Shown: in pieces, positions 39,024-51,240 of the stretch
Layout of the letters: each line of letters starts with the position of its first letter
Numbering within the stretch: the first letter of the stretch is position 1
Source: Podarcis filfolensis
Lineage: Eukaryota
Assembly: GCA_964270895.1 (NCBI GenBank)
Contig: OZ185440.1
Reading direction: 5' to 3' (one strand)
Length of the DNA: 64,000 nucleotides
Made by a program: the position numbers and the translations under genes
Notes under the pieces: model-generated
What the model saw: the letters and a program-made list of their open reading frames with translations, nothing else
Database searches by the model: none
What the model was told of the DNA's origin: nothing

Positions 39024-39116
39024 CCCATTACGTTCGTAGCATACACTCCCTGTTGGACTCTGACCCGGGGCAGCTGGAGACTTACTCTCTAAGTTGTGAG
39101 GAACAGCACACACAAC
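39024..39116 (-). CDS. CSDE1: CSDE1 coding exon 3/18 (93 nt; the alternatively spliced UNR 'exon 5')
   Basis: tag|GTT GTG TGT ... AAT GGG|gtaaaa; VVCAVPHNLESKSPAAPGQSPTGSVCYERNG; phase 0-0. Confidence 0.95.
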
Positions 39117-39467
39117 CTACCAGTCAAAAAAAAATCCATTGCTAATTATTTCCAGAGGCAGCATTATGCATCAGACTGTTAGTTTTCTATAATACACTTG
39201 GGGATGCACTTTACAGGTAACCCACAACAGTATGCCATGCTGCAAAGCTTATATCTTACAGTACTTTTGTTAACTGTAAGAATTGTTCTTGGTTAGGTAA
39301 AACCCCAATTTTTACGCGCTTGCCAAAACAAGTGGAAAAAATTAAATTTGAGAAAAATATTTCTATGCAACCAAGGAGAGGCATGCTACACTCAACTCTG
39401 CCCTTGTTTGTCTGACCACAGCAGATGCAAATCGCATGCATGGAAAAAGCTTATCATAGCCACTAAC

Positions 39468-39577
39468 TTGTCCATTTATTCGCTCTTCAGGTAATGTTTC
39501 TGTTTTAATCTTCACCAGTTTAATAGCAATCGGTTTTCCAGTTCGCCGGTCAGAAGATACTTCAAATTCAACATCAT
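39468..39577 (-). CDS. CSDE1: CSDE1 coding exon 2/18 (110 nt)
   Basis: cag|AT GAT GTT ... GGA CAA|gttagt. Confidence 0.96.
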
Positions 39578-39663
39578 CTGTAAAGCAATTGAAATTTTAT
39601 CAATGACACAGGACCGGTCTAGTAACACTTAACAGGAATAATTCACAAGCACAGCTTTACCTT

Positions 39664-39783
39664 TCCTCAGGCAATCCTGTCTCCAATACTACACAGCCTC
39701 AAAAGTAGTCTTAAATTTGCATGCAAATTTAAGACGGCTTTTGAGGCTGTGTAGTATTGGAGACGGGGAGGATTGCCTGAGGA
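39664..39783. repeat. 120-bp near-perfect palindrome with no spacer
   Basis: Centre gtcttaaatttgca|tgcaaatttaagac; arms pair except 2 mismatches and a 4-nt bulge. Confidence 0.95.
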
Positions 39784-41054
39784 TAGAACTCTCGAAAACT
39801 ACAAAAAAGCCCAATGAGTTGCTTGCATGTAAATGGTTCCCCTGGATCTCAGTCAGTGGCATTTATCTTGCACATGCATGCTAAGATCAAAATAACAATT
39901 TAAAACATGACTGCATTCTCCTCGGTCAGTCAATCTGGCTCATGAACTCAGAGTGGGCAAAATGAGAGGCTCTTTCTGTACAGCATTCACAGCCCATTCT
40001 TCTAGTCCACTGGTTTCACAACTTTATGATACCGGAGGTATTTTCCACCACGTTTCTTCATCTACCAAAACAACTCTAAGTGTTATAAAAGGCTAAAGCA
40101 AATTCTAGGGTCCCCAAAGGCATCTAGGTGGCCACTGTCAGAGGAGAAGAAGAATTTATTAAATATGCCTTTGGTCTGATCCAGCAGGGCTCTTGTATTT
40201 TTAGGGCCATAATTACCTTGTGAGGGCACACAGATTGGGCCTCACTGTTGCTCTACCTTAAGGATACTGAATCTCTGCCCCTCTCTTATGTTGGATATCA
40301 ACTCCCATCAGCCCCAGCCAGCTTGGCCAATGGTAATGGGTTCTGCGAATTGTAGCTCAGTCAGACCTTGAGCGCCACAGGTGTTCCAGCCCTGCCAGAG
40401 AGAAACTGAGTGCATTCTAGAACACACACAACTGCCTCCTGTAGCTGCACAGTGCAATGGAAAATTTATTTATTTTACATAATTTGTATCACCCTCTTCC
40501 TTTCTGAGATCAGAGCAGTGTGCACTAAAAACCAATAGAAAACAGTAAAACTCACAGCAGCCCAAGCAAGAGCACAAATGTCTGATAAAACTTTTCTATT
40601 TAAACTATCCTCCTAAAGACAGGCAGTTAAGTGTTGCCTGAGAGACAGAATTTTAGAGGTGGTGGTCATCCCAGAAATGGCCCTCAAGGACTATCACTTT
40701 TTGAAATTGTTGAAGGGTCAGTGAGAAGGGCCTCTGTGAACAACCTCAGTTCTTGGGCAGGATTATACAGAAGATAGTGGCCTTTATTATAGCCTGGCTC
40801 CAAACCATTTAGGGCTTTAGAAGTTAAAAACAGCACTTAACTGTACACAGGAAATAAATAGTCTGGCCATGTAGTTAGTAAATAAGGGGATTAACATGAG
40901 CCCTACATCCCACCCTGATAGCAGTCTGTAGTGGTGAGCAAACTTATCAGCCATTCTACTGAAGAACAAGGAAGAGCTTCCCAGAACACAGTTTGGGAAA
41001 CCAGTTTCTACGATACTCTACTCAATGTATCTTCATCATAGAAGCATCCATATA

Positions 41055-41296
41055 CAGCGGAACCTCGGGTTAAGTACTTCATTCGTTCAGGAGGTCCGTA
41101 CTTAACCTGAAACTGTTCTTAACCTGAAGCACCACTTTAGCTAATGGGGCCTCCTGCTGCCGCCACACCACCGGAGCACAATTTCTGTTCTCATCCTGAA
41201 GCAAAGTTCTTAACCTGAAGCACTATTTCTGGGTTAGCGGAGTCTGTAACCTGAAGCGTATGTAACCTGAAGCGTATGTAACCCAAAGCACCACTG
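41055..41296. mobile_element. Tc1/mariner MITE, same family as 18162
   Basis: ta|cagcggaacctcggg ... caccactg|ta. Confidence 0.88.
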
Positions 41297-41581
41297 TAGT
41301 TAAGCCTATCTATCTATCTATCATTTATTTATGACATTGCTATATTACTTATTTGCATTTCTAAGCAGTGTACATAAAAACAATCCACAGAAAATGGGAA
41401 ACTAAAACAAAAAATTATCATAAATTGAAACACAAGGCCTCACTTTGGCTCTCTCAACTAATGGTTGGTTTAACTACTATTGACTAGGCAGGCACATCTC
41501 TAGTGTTAAGAGGTGCTAATCCTCATCACACATGTAAAGAGCCTCAGTTATGAACCCAGAGAATTCCACCAGATGAATTAC

Positions 41582-41780
41582 CTCCCACTTTAAGCTCCTG
41601 TAGGTTGCCATTATACTGTGAACAGTGGAAGAACAGTCTAGCTTGCCGTTCTGAACACTGAATGAATCCATAGGAGGTCAGCAGTTTTTCAATAACCCCA
41701 GTTTCACGCAGTCCTGCAGAAGTACCATTGGGGTACCCGTTGTGTCCATTGTTATGGAGAAGGTTTGGATCAAAGCTCAT
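41582..41780 (-). CDS. CSDE1: CSDE1/UNR (cold shock domain-containing E1) coding exon 1/18 (199 nt; MSFDPNLLHNNGHNG...); full CDS 2391 nt = 796 aa
   Basis: cag|ATG AGC TTT GAT; all 18 exons join in phase to a stop codon. Confidence 0.98.
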
Positions 41781-43405
41781 CTGAAAGCAAAAGATAACTT
41801 GTGAAATCCTCCAAAAGCAATTCCCATCACCTTTCATACTTAAGGGAACACAGAACACATATTGTGCATTAAAGAGCATCAGATAAGCAAGCAAGTTTCT
41901 GGCAGCTAAGGCACAGCTTGTGTACACTATTTGTCTAGCTGAGATTCATCAGTAACTAAACCACATTTACCTTGTGGGATTTATCTATATGCGGTTAATA
42001 TAGCATTATATTTTCCCATTATATACAGAATAAAGTTAATACTTTATTCAAAATTAGTCATTAGTATAAACTTGCCTTTGCCAAAGAAGGCTACCAAGAA
42101 AGCAAAAACAAAAGCTTGCTAATCTCAAGGCAATTTCCATTAGCACCTACTCTACCCTTGTTGAACTGGAGGCCTAATATCTTATGAACTTTCATAATTG
42201 TTTGCTGTACTCATTCAGCTTAAATGCTCCTTCTCTATCCATAAATACATTGGTTAATGCCAGAAAACAGAGAAAACTGCCCTACTGAATTCTCATTAAT
42301 CTTCTAGAAACATAGATATAAATATACTTTAAAAACAATTTTGCTATCTTAAGTTAAATCAAACCAAATCCAGAGATAAGTTAGTATTAGGGTATCATTT
42401 AACTTTTGCTGTTAGAAGAATCAGTGAACATATCATGCAAGTCAAAGGGCTCAAGGCAAGAAATTGCCAAAATCATGCATTTTGAGACCATATATTTTAC
42501 AGATATGTTGCAGTTTCCTGTGTATCTGTTTAAGAAAGCAAACCTAAAATTCCTGCAACTCCAAGGAGCCATTAAGTGCACAAAAGTTTCAAGTGTAAGA
42601 AGCTCTAAACACAATAGTCCAACAGCACAGTTATAACCAAACAGATCCTTACTCATTATGCTGGTAATAATGCCATTTGCTGTCATCATTATTAATCAGA
42701 GTTGACCTACCCACCAAGGACAATGCCAGATTCTAAGCCCACATATAGCTTTTGGAGATGCATGTGGGCAATCCTCCTATGGACAATTACTTAGGAGCAA
42801 GGTCCACTGAACTCAGTGGGATTTCTGAGTATAGGATTGGGCTGAAAGAGACTTTGGTTTTTTGTCAACTAGTACAGGCACTAAGATAACATTATGAAAT
42901 ACAGAATAGTGGTCATTTCTCTTGTACACATGCCAACCAAAAAGCACTAAGATATACTGCAACTCATTTTTTGGCAACATAAGATGCAACAACTCCCTAC
43001 TTAGAAATTAATGCATCTGGAGAAGGTGCTTGCTATAAACTGTTTCCTATTACAAGTGTATCAAGTGGAATTTATATTATCTATGCCATCATTCTTTCGA
43101 AGATTTAGGAAAATAAATCTAAGTGGGCAAGATACATTCAATCAACTTATCAGAAAGAATAAAATGAAGTTGCAACACATACACACACATGACCAAGCTT
43201 TCATTAAGTTTCTGAAACAGATACAGGAAAGCACCTTTTAAGAACCCAGCAAGATTTCCAGCTGGTTCAAGTGGAATTTTATCCTTTAACCTGTTGAGGA
43301 GATTTAATATCAGTGAAGTTAGAAGTGAGAACATATACAGAGATGAGTTAACTGCAAAGGATCCCCATGCTAAGATTCCATGTCTGTCAAGTTGCCCTGA
43401 CTTAC

Positions 43406-43546
43406 AGATCTCTGATAAAGAGGGGTCCTCTTCTGTTTTTTAGACCCGGATGAAGTAGAAGATGAAGAGAAAGGTAAAGGATGAGAAGGAGGGGGAGCTG
43501 CAGGAGGGGGGAGAGGATCTGATGACACAGTATAATGGTTCTCCAT
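43406..43546 (-). CDS. CSDE1: CSDE1 optional N-terminal exon (47 aa, MENHYTVSSDP...KKQKRTPLYQRS); exon probably starts at 43555
   Basis: Donor TCT|gtaagt in phase 0 with the MSFDP exon; branch-point-like gctaac and acceptor cacag upstream; resembles the human long-isoform N-terminus (from memory). Confidence 0.85.
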
Positions 43547-44554
43547 CTCATACAGCTGTGATAACATAGTACACAGTATAACTAGTCAATAGTTAGCACA
43601 TCTTTAAACACATCCAAGTAATTATCAAATTCCATTTCTCAAGAGAGCTGGAAGTCGAAAGCAATCAATCCAAATTTCTTTTTTAAAAATAGGATTACAG
43701 TATAAATAGTATTAGCAAGCACTATTTCTAGGTCAATTCCTCTCCAACAATGTTCTGATTTGCTCATACTACCAGAACTCTGACCAGCTCTTACACGAAA
43801 GTACTCACAAGGGAGAAGTGTCATTTGAAATAACTGAGTAATGGATTGAGCTAAGAGTTGGAACATGTTGCATGTTCTTGCACTGCAGCAAACAGTATGT
43901 CCAGATAGAATTATAATAGCATTTTATATTTTCCCATTTGAAAGGGATAGCAGAAGAACTGGCACTATTAATGAGACACAGAAAAACTGCTTGTTACATA
44001 GGTTCTAGAGTACATTCACACAGTAACAATTCAAAAACTGGAATTTTACACAGATAACGCTATGTTATCTGTGTTCATTAACCCTAAGGGTTCAGGCGAA
44101 GTCTTTCTTTCCTTCTCATGATTTGGAGAAGAGAGACTAGTACCTGAACTTCAAGTAATGAGCACTTCAAAACTGGTCATTAACTAAATTTAGGACACCA
44201 GGAACATTGGCAGCAAGATAACAGCTGGTCTCAGTTCTCCTCAACCTTTATTTAATAAATTTAAGCAAACATCAACTGTATTGCACAGAGATGAACTGAA
44301 GTGAAATTGCTCCAGCAACAATTTACGGCCTCTATACTACAGAGCATGTTGCACCAGTATTGTATTCATGAACAGTTGCTGGTTTACTGTTTACTATGTC
44401 AAATCCATAATGCAGGAAAGAAATTCCTACACTGATGTACAGTAGCAGTCATTTTCAGGGTTTTTAGGGCAATGAACAAGAGATTTTAGAAGCTTTTTTT
44501 CCTGGATTATTTTCTTATTTTAAGAATATTATTTGCCTTATAAAGTATCAGAAT

Positions 44555-44720
44555 ATTAGTCCATCTAGTTCAGTGCTACTGATCAGCAGCTGCTGAATGT
44601 TATTTAAAACAAGGTCTTACTCAGCCCTGTTGAAAGGGCTTTTTAACTGAAACTGCCAGAGATTGAGCCTGGGACCTTGTATATGGGAAAGTATGTGCTC
44701 TAGCACTGTGCTATGGCCCT
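44555..44720 (-). mobile_element. Degenerate tRNA-derived SINE (Squam2-like)
   Basis: ccatctagttcagt ... gagattgagcctgggaccttg ... ctctagcactgtgctatggccc. Confidence 0.55.
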
Positions 44721-46402
44721 TTTCTGGGCTGCACTTATAATTCCATTTCAGCAGCCCTCAATTATTTTGAAATACGATCTTGAGGCTTGAGAATTTTGCC
44801 TAATTATGCTTTATGGCATCACAACTACTTTTCCATTTCATTATTGAGTAATAAACAAGTCTTTAGAGGATTGAAGAGAGCCCCTTCCCCAGCATATAAC
44901 TATGCTAGACATGAGAACAAACACATTGTCTCTCAAGGACATAAACTTTTAAACTTAGTAGTTCGCTGCCAATCTTACAGGCTTTTGGGGAGAACCCCTG
45001 AACAATTTCCATGCTAGTAAAGGCTGAGGAAGGACATGTTTCAACTAGCTAGCTATCAACCGTATTCCAGATAGACGTGGAGTTGTCACAGACAAAATTT
45101 GGCAGATGCATACTCTGCTCATTTTCAAAAAGGCTCAAAATTTGAATCGGCTGCCTTTGGCCATTTGAAGGAAGCTTTGGATCTCTCTGTTTTGGGGTTT
45201 TCCAGAGTAATAACAAAAGAAACCCAAAATTATCTGAGTATTAGGGTAGTTTTGATTTTAAACAGCTGGAGAGGTAACCAATTGCCCTGAAACAGGAACT
45301 AGGCCTGGTACAATGACCAATGAAAAGAATGGTTGGGAATGAGGGGTGAGTGTGAAATGATTTTCAAACTGAAACTGTCAAATTAAGAGTGTTTTAGCCT
45401 GCTCACTGCACTTTGGCAGGGTTATAGGATGCTTTGTTTAATAAGAGGTTCCAAAATGAGCAGACGTTTCTGCTAGTAATCTGCAAACTGGCCACATTTT
45501 TTTTTTTTTTTTGCTCAAAGGAGGTTGTTGCATCACACCATCTGAGCTAGCTTGGCTTTACCCTTAAGAATATTGCTAGTATGGCAAAAGAACTTACTGA
45601 TTGGCCATAAGGTGATAAATTCAGTCCGACTGGAGATGCATTGCCCAGGTTGGCACTAACGTATGCAGTAGGGGGAGAAGACGGCATGGAAAATTCAACA
45701 AATTCTTTCCAGGTGCTTGCCATATTTTTACGCCTGTTTCAACTTAATTTTATAATGCTGCATATAACAAAATCAAACAAGACAACCTTGTCAATGTATA
45801 TCTGCCACTTATCCAGTGTCATAAAAAGCTGCCATTCTGGCAGCCTCCTAACATATTAAGACAAGAAGGGATTGATGTGCTAGTTAAGGAAGCATTTAAT
45901 AGCTTTATTTTACCTCAAGAGGGGTTCTGAAATGGAGAGCAGAAGGTGGATGCTAACTGAACTCATGGTTACTATTAATTCAGCTGTCCTTATAGCAGAC
46001 AATTAACATTTAAACCTATCAGCTTATGAAATGGAGACTCACTGACCGATACTAGTAATTGGGAGAAGGATATGGAGAAAGTTTGAGATCCAGACTTATA
46101 GCATTAGAGTAAACTGATTTCAAAAGGGAGAAACTGGAAAATAGTAGCAGAAAGCTTAATGAAATAGCTACAATGATAAGATTGCATTCCACAGTTAGCT
46201 CAGCAAATATAACCAAATGGCAATACTGATGAACTCGAATCATTTAAAAACATAAGCACCACAGCCAGATGTTAGCTCTGCTTTTGATATTCTGACCAAA
46301 TGAAGGCAGTCAGGATTTAAATAAAAGCATTATTTAAACTCATGTCGAACAGTAGTGTTAATTCCAGTATCTATTACTGTTTTAACGAGTACATGCACCA
46401 AC

Positions 46403-46794
46403 CTCGCAGTGATATTCTAATATTGCACTTTCAGTAGTATTCGCGAATTCTTCGTTTCAGCACACGTTTCAAAGTTTGAAGATTGCTATTGTTAAAAAAA
46501 AGAGATAGCAAGAGACAAGTGATCTATCAAGCTAATAAGGAATAACTGGTGCTGCACTGGGCAGTTTCAGCACAGCACTGAAGAAAACAAAGACTACTAG
46601 CAGCGTTGGGACGTGCTCTTTTGAAGCTGTTGAGTAGGCACAAACTTCTTGTTTCAGATCAAGTGTTGTGTCTTCAGTGTAAATTTTACTCTTCTTTGGT
46701 CTTGTTTTGTTGTTACGATGTGATGTGTTCCTTTCCTGATCTGAACTTGAAGCAGCAGTTTCAGGTGGTAAATTCTGTTCTGTTACACTTCATA
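46403..46794 (-). other. CSDE1: CSDE1 non-coding exon 2 (392 nt; UNR 5'UTR/IRES region)
   Basis: ctctccag|TATGAAGTGTAACAGAACAG ... ATCACTGCGAG|gttggt; matches the remembered mammalian UNR leader. Confidence 0.88.
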
Positions 46795-47566
46795 CTGGAG
46801 AGAAAACAAATAAGAAGTCTATTATGCCACAACTTTTAGACATTTTGGACACTTAACAGATGTGATCCCATCCTTCTGAGCAGATCTTTCTCACAACTCC
46901 AATGTTTTACTAATGCTTGAAAAAAGCTTCTACCTTTTTACTAAGCTCAAATCTTAAATTGCACTGAACATAACATCTGGTTAGAATCTCAGAAATTACT
47001 AGTAAATTCTAATGCTTATATACTGATCAGGCCTTCTTAACCAGTTTCAATACGTTTATAAGCATGTATTTGAGTCATGAACATTTTCACAACTAGAATA
47101 TAAACTCCTGTTGCTTCAGGAACAGAGATCAGAGACGAACACAAATCACCACAGATATGCAAAAGCAAATGTGAAATGTCTATTTCTTTCCAAAATGAAC
47201 TTTTACTTGCTTTCTAGGAAAGCAGTATGGTAATCTTAAAATGTTGATATTATCATGCTCTAACATAACAGTACAATAATTTGTAATATTTAAAGCTATT
47301 ATATAATATCAACAACAAGCATAACTACGCAGGTAGCACAACAAAAATTTGCTGTAAGCTGCTTGTCCAAACCAATCCCTGCAGTTTATCTGGGCCAATA
47401 CCAAAGAACACTGCTAAAAGATTTAAGAGTTGAAACATGCAAGTATATTTTTGTTTTGTTTTTCATCCTGAGCCTGACAGTTATAGCAGAAGACAAATGC
47501 AAAAGTTACATTTTAAGTTGTGTATTGAATTTGTTTCCAAACCCAATGCACTAGGAAGAAACAGTA

Positions 47567-47570
<4 letters not shown>

Positions 47571-47607
<37 letters not shown>
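47571..47607. repeat. (CA)n microsatellite
   Basis: Direct reading. Confidence 0.92.
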
Positions 47608-49879
47608 TTGCCTGGGTGCTAAGAATCTCAAGTGAACACCTTCTCTCGGTTCCATCAACATGGTTGGTGGAGACACAAGAGAGCCTTTTCTGAGCCTGCT
47701 CCCATATTATGGGATTCCCACCCAAGAGAAGTTAGACTGGCTTCCTCTTCCGCTGGCAGGCGGAAACAGGACTTTGAAAACTAAGGTGCAGCCAATACTG
47801 ACCACTGGGCCACTGCCATGGCAAACTGTATTTTACTGCTGGTTTTAATTAGTTTTTTTAAAAAACCAAACCAAACCACACAATTTTTAATTGGTTTTTA
47901 AACAAATACAATAACCATTAAACACTTATCCAGCAGTACATCTATTAGTGTTTGTTTCATTCATTGTCTTCATTGTCTCTAGGCATATGTTTTGGTGTAT
48001 TTTAATTATGGTTTTTAACTAGCTTTTATTACTTTGTCTTTTATAATACACTAATAATAAATAATCAACAGTATCTATGTAACGTATTTTCTCATTAATG
48101 AAGGGGCTACATATTTCTTTTCCTATATGATAGAGTCAGGATGATGCAGTAACGGATAGATAAATCTGACCCTAGTGCTAATTTTTTTCAGCATCCAAAC
48201 TTCACTGGACATGGAATGCAGAATGATGCTGTGCAACAGCTGAGCCAGTTAACATAAAGGGAAGGATAGTGAAAAAGGATTGTGATCTTGAGAGGGGAAT
48301 GAGCAGGAAGAGCTAAACATGAGTAAATCGTTTTTTGTTTTTTTTAAAAAAAACCCACATCTTTGTTTTTATACTTCTGTAGTCTTTCCTAACCCACAAT
48401 GTTTTGGGGAAAGACAACATATTACGGAGGAAAGACAACATCTCTTGAATAGTAAGTGTTTCCATATATTATTGCTGGTGTACAGTTAGAGTTAAAAACA
48501 GTCCAAGAAACTTAGTAAGACAAAAAAGGAACATCCCAAATCTCTCCTAGCCAATCAAAGTAGGAAGGTCAGCATGCAGGATAAGAAAATTGAACATTTT
48601 TGTAAGAACAGAACCAGGTTAGCTTAGCTGGTGTAATCTAGAATGCTGTTATGCTGTACTACTAAGCACCTCCTTGAAATTAAATTTGACTAAAACAAAG
48701 TTGTTACTTCAACATAAGCATGCTTAAGAGTGCCTATTCCACTGAATGTAGTCTTAATTCCTATGCATATTTTACACAGAACTCCCAAGCTCAGAGGGGC
48801 TTGCTTCTAAATCAGTTGAAACCTAACTACTCCCTGTACTTGGTGGCAAAATATGTTGATCCTCCCATGTTGTGAAGCATTGGACTGTAGTTCAGTGAAA
48901 TCAGTAGTGTGTATGTCTGTGCTTTAAATTCTTTACTTTTCAGCTCAGCTGCTATAAATACACCTCCCAATGGCAAACACCCAGTGCAGCTGCCAAGCCT
49001 CCAATGCAGCAGACTCTGGGATAACACATAAATCCACAAAGGATTAGCTCAAGTTAGGCACAGTAAAAAGCAAGTTCAATTGTATTCCCCCCTTATGACT
49101 TAAGTGATCTTTGTGGGGTTTTTTTGTACTTTGTTGACACGAGTCAAGTTTTCTGTACATTGTCTACACAGCTGATGTAAGCTGTGGCAGCCATATTTAG
49201 ATTGCAACACTAACAAGGCATTGCTACATGTTTCCAGAGACATCTACCAAAGAGTTTTGTCTTTGAAAACAGTGTTTGGTATCAGCTAAATAGAATATTG
49301 GTAATCAAGATCAGAAGAATCCACATGCAATTAAGAGATAGCAGTAATTAAAAGAAATTATACAGGAGGCTGAATGCAATCCTAAACATAATTTTTCAGT
49401 GCAAATCCTATTGAACAGACATGTATGGGTTTGAGCTGTAACCATGCATATATACTTAGGATAAAGGACCACCAAATTCAGTGGGTTTACTCCCAAGAGT
49501 GTGTATATATATGCACACACACAGGAGTGCACTGCAATTCAATATCGCTTTTATTAAATCAGTATTGTTATATAGCCCTTTTCCACTGAGTAAATCAGCA
49601 AATAGTCATCGTTTGGAGACAAAGTCACCAGCAAATCAAAGGCATCAATAGAATTAAGAAGGCTTTATTCTTAAATGGGGCTTACGGATCATACTGCACC
49701 CATATTTAATGCTTATAACCTAAAGGGCGAATATGCTGGTTAGGCAGTATGTATTAATAATTGAAGAAAGCCTCAAAATATTGCTCTGAGATATGAATGC
49801 ACGATTGCAATGCCTTTATAGTTTTATATTGCAGCAAATGAATTGAATTGCCTAGTTGTAGGGTTAGCACTCAAAACGG

Positions 49880-51240
49880 ACTTCTGACGACCGCAGAGCG
49901 GTGCCAGACAATCGTCTGTTTCCTCAGCTTCGCCCACAGGAGCGAAAGGAGCTACGGGTGGCCATTCCACCCTGTGCCGCAGCATCACATTAAAGAAAGC
50001 CACAGCACATGGCACTGAGGCAGCAAGATGGTGGCTCCTACTACTGAGGGGCGATCTAACGCTTGCGGGGCGGGGGTCCGCATCCGAAAAGGAAAGGATG
50101 CGGAAACCCAAAGCCCCAGCCCTGCTGCGCCTGGGGGCGAGCCAAGGCCGGAATCCAGCCCTGGGCGCCCCTCCGGCCGGTTACACCGACGGGCACGTTC
50201 TTCCCCTCAGGCGCCTGGGGCGTGTCCACTATCTGCCCCTCTCTCGAGGCTGGGGCGCGGTGGGGGTAAAGCGAGGGAGAGAAGGAAAATGGCGACCGCT
50301 CCCCCTCACACAAAGGAAGATTGACCTCCTCTTCCCCTCCCCGCACCCGCACGCTGCATGCCGGGAGAGGTAGTTCCCGTCTCCCACTCCGCTCCGCCGA
50401 AGACGAGGTGCCAGGACTCCACCCCCCAGAAGGCCCAGTGGCCGCGCAGCTTACAGGCGCCGCGCCGGGAGTTGGAGTGCTTTCCATCGCCGCGGCCGCC
50501 CAGAGCACCGCGCCCCTAAACTCCAAGCCCCAGCGGCCCCTGCGAACGAAGGCCAGTCGCGCGGTGCACATTGGGAGCCGTAGTGATGTCGGGGTTCGGG
50601 CCCACCAGTCCGCTCCCTTTCCCTCCCTCTCTTTAGGGCCCTGCCTGGAGACAAACGGAAGCTGGGGAGAGAAGAGAGCGAGGGAGCCCGCTCGGCCCAG
50701 CAGGGTTCCCTTTCTCTCGCTTCTCCCTCCCTTCCCGCCCCCCCCCCGCCTCTTTGCGCCCGTCTGTCAAACGAGCAGGGCGCACGGCGGGTGGGGGAGG
50801 GGTTCCCCCCGCGCTAGACCGTTGGTCCCTGGGACAGAGTGACAGGCGACATTCCAAGCCCCCTCGGCTCTCCCTGCCCGCCACCGTCAAGGTCGCGCCG
50901 AGCGGGCAGAGGAGGCTGCCGGCCTCCCGGCAGGGACAACCCCACTTACCCCAACAGCTCAGCGCCCCCGCTCCAGCGCCGCCATGAGCAGCACGGCACA
51001 GCACGTAGGAATAAATCCCGGCTTCTCGCGAGACTCGAGGGCAGAGAGGAGGGCGGTTCCGCGCGTGCGCAGCAAGGCCGGGCGGGGGGGTGGAAGCGGG
51101 AGCTCAGGCTCTAAGGGAGGCTTCGGGATAAGTAGCCGCTCAAAAGCGCATGCGCGCCTTTGCTCTCTGTTTACTTATTGGCCGCCTTTCAGGGCAGCTG
51201 CTGCTTAAAGGGGCGCCGTGCGGTATTGAGATGCACGAAT
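49880..51240. promoter_or_regulatory. CSDE1: CSDE1 CpG island: TCTCGCGAGA CGCG/BANP-type palindrome (51024-51033), NRF1 GCGCATGCGC (51146-51155), CCAAT (about 51177-51181), YY1-like AAAATGGCG (50286-50294)
   Basis: GC- and CpG-rich; motifs read directly. Confidence 0.85.
50950..51060 (-). other. CSDE1: CSDE1 non-coding exon 1 (TSS approximate)
   Basis: ATGGCGGCGCTGGAGCGGGGGCGCTGAGCTGTTGGG|gtaagt. Confidence 0.85.

Noticed and set aside
42655-42705. C-box-like ATGATGA on the minus strand in a CSDE1 intron
   Set aside because: No properly spaced D box or terminal stem was seen, so no snoRNA is called
44048-44074. 11-bp hairpin acacagataac-gctat-gttatctgtgt
   Set aside because: Short; expected occasionally in 64 kb
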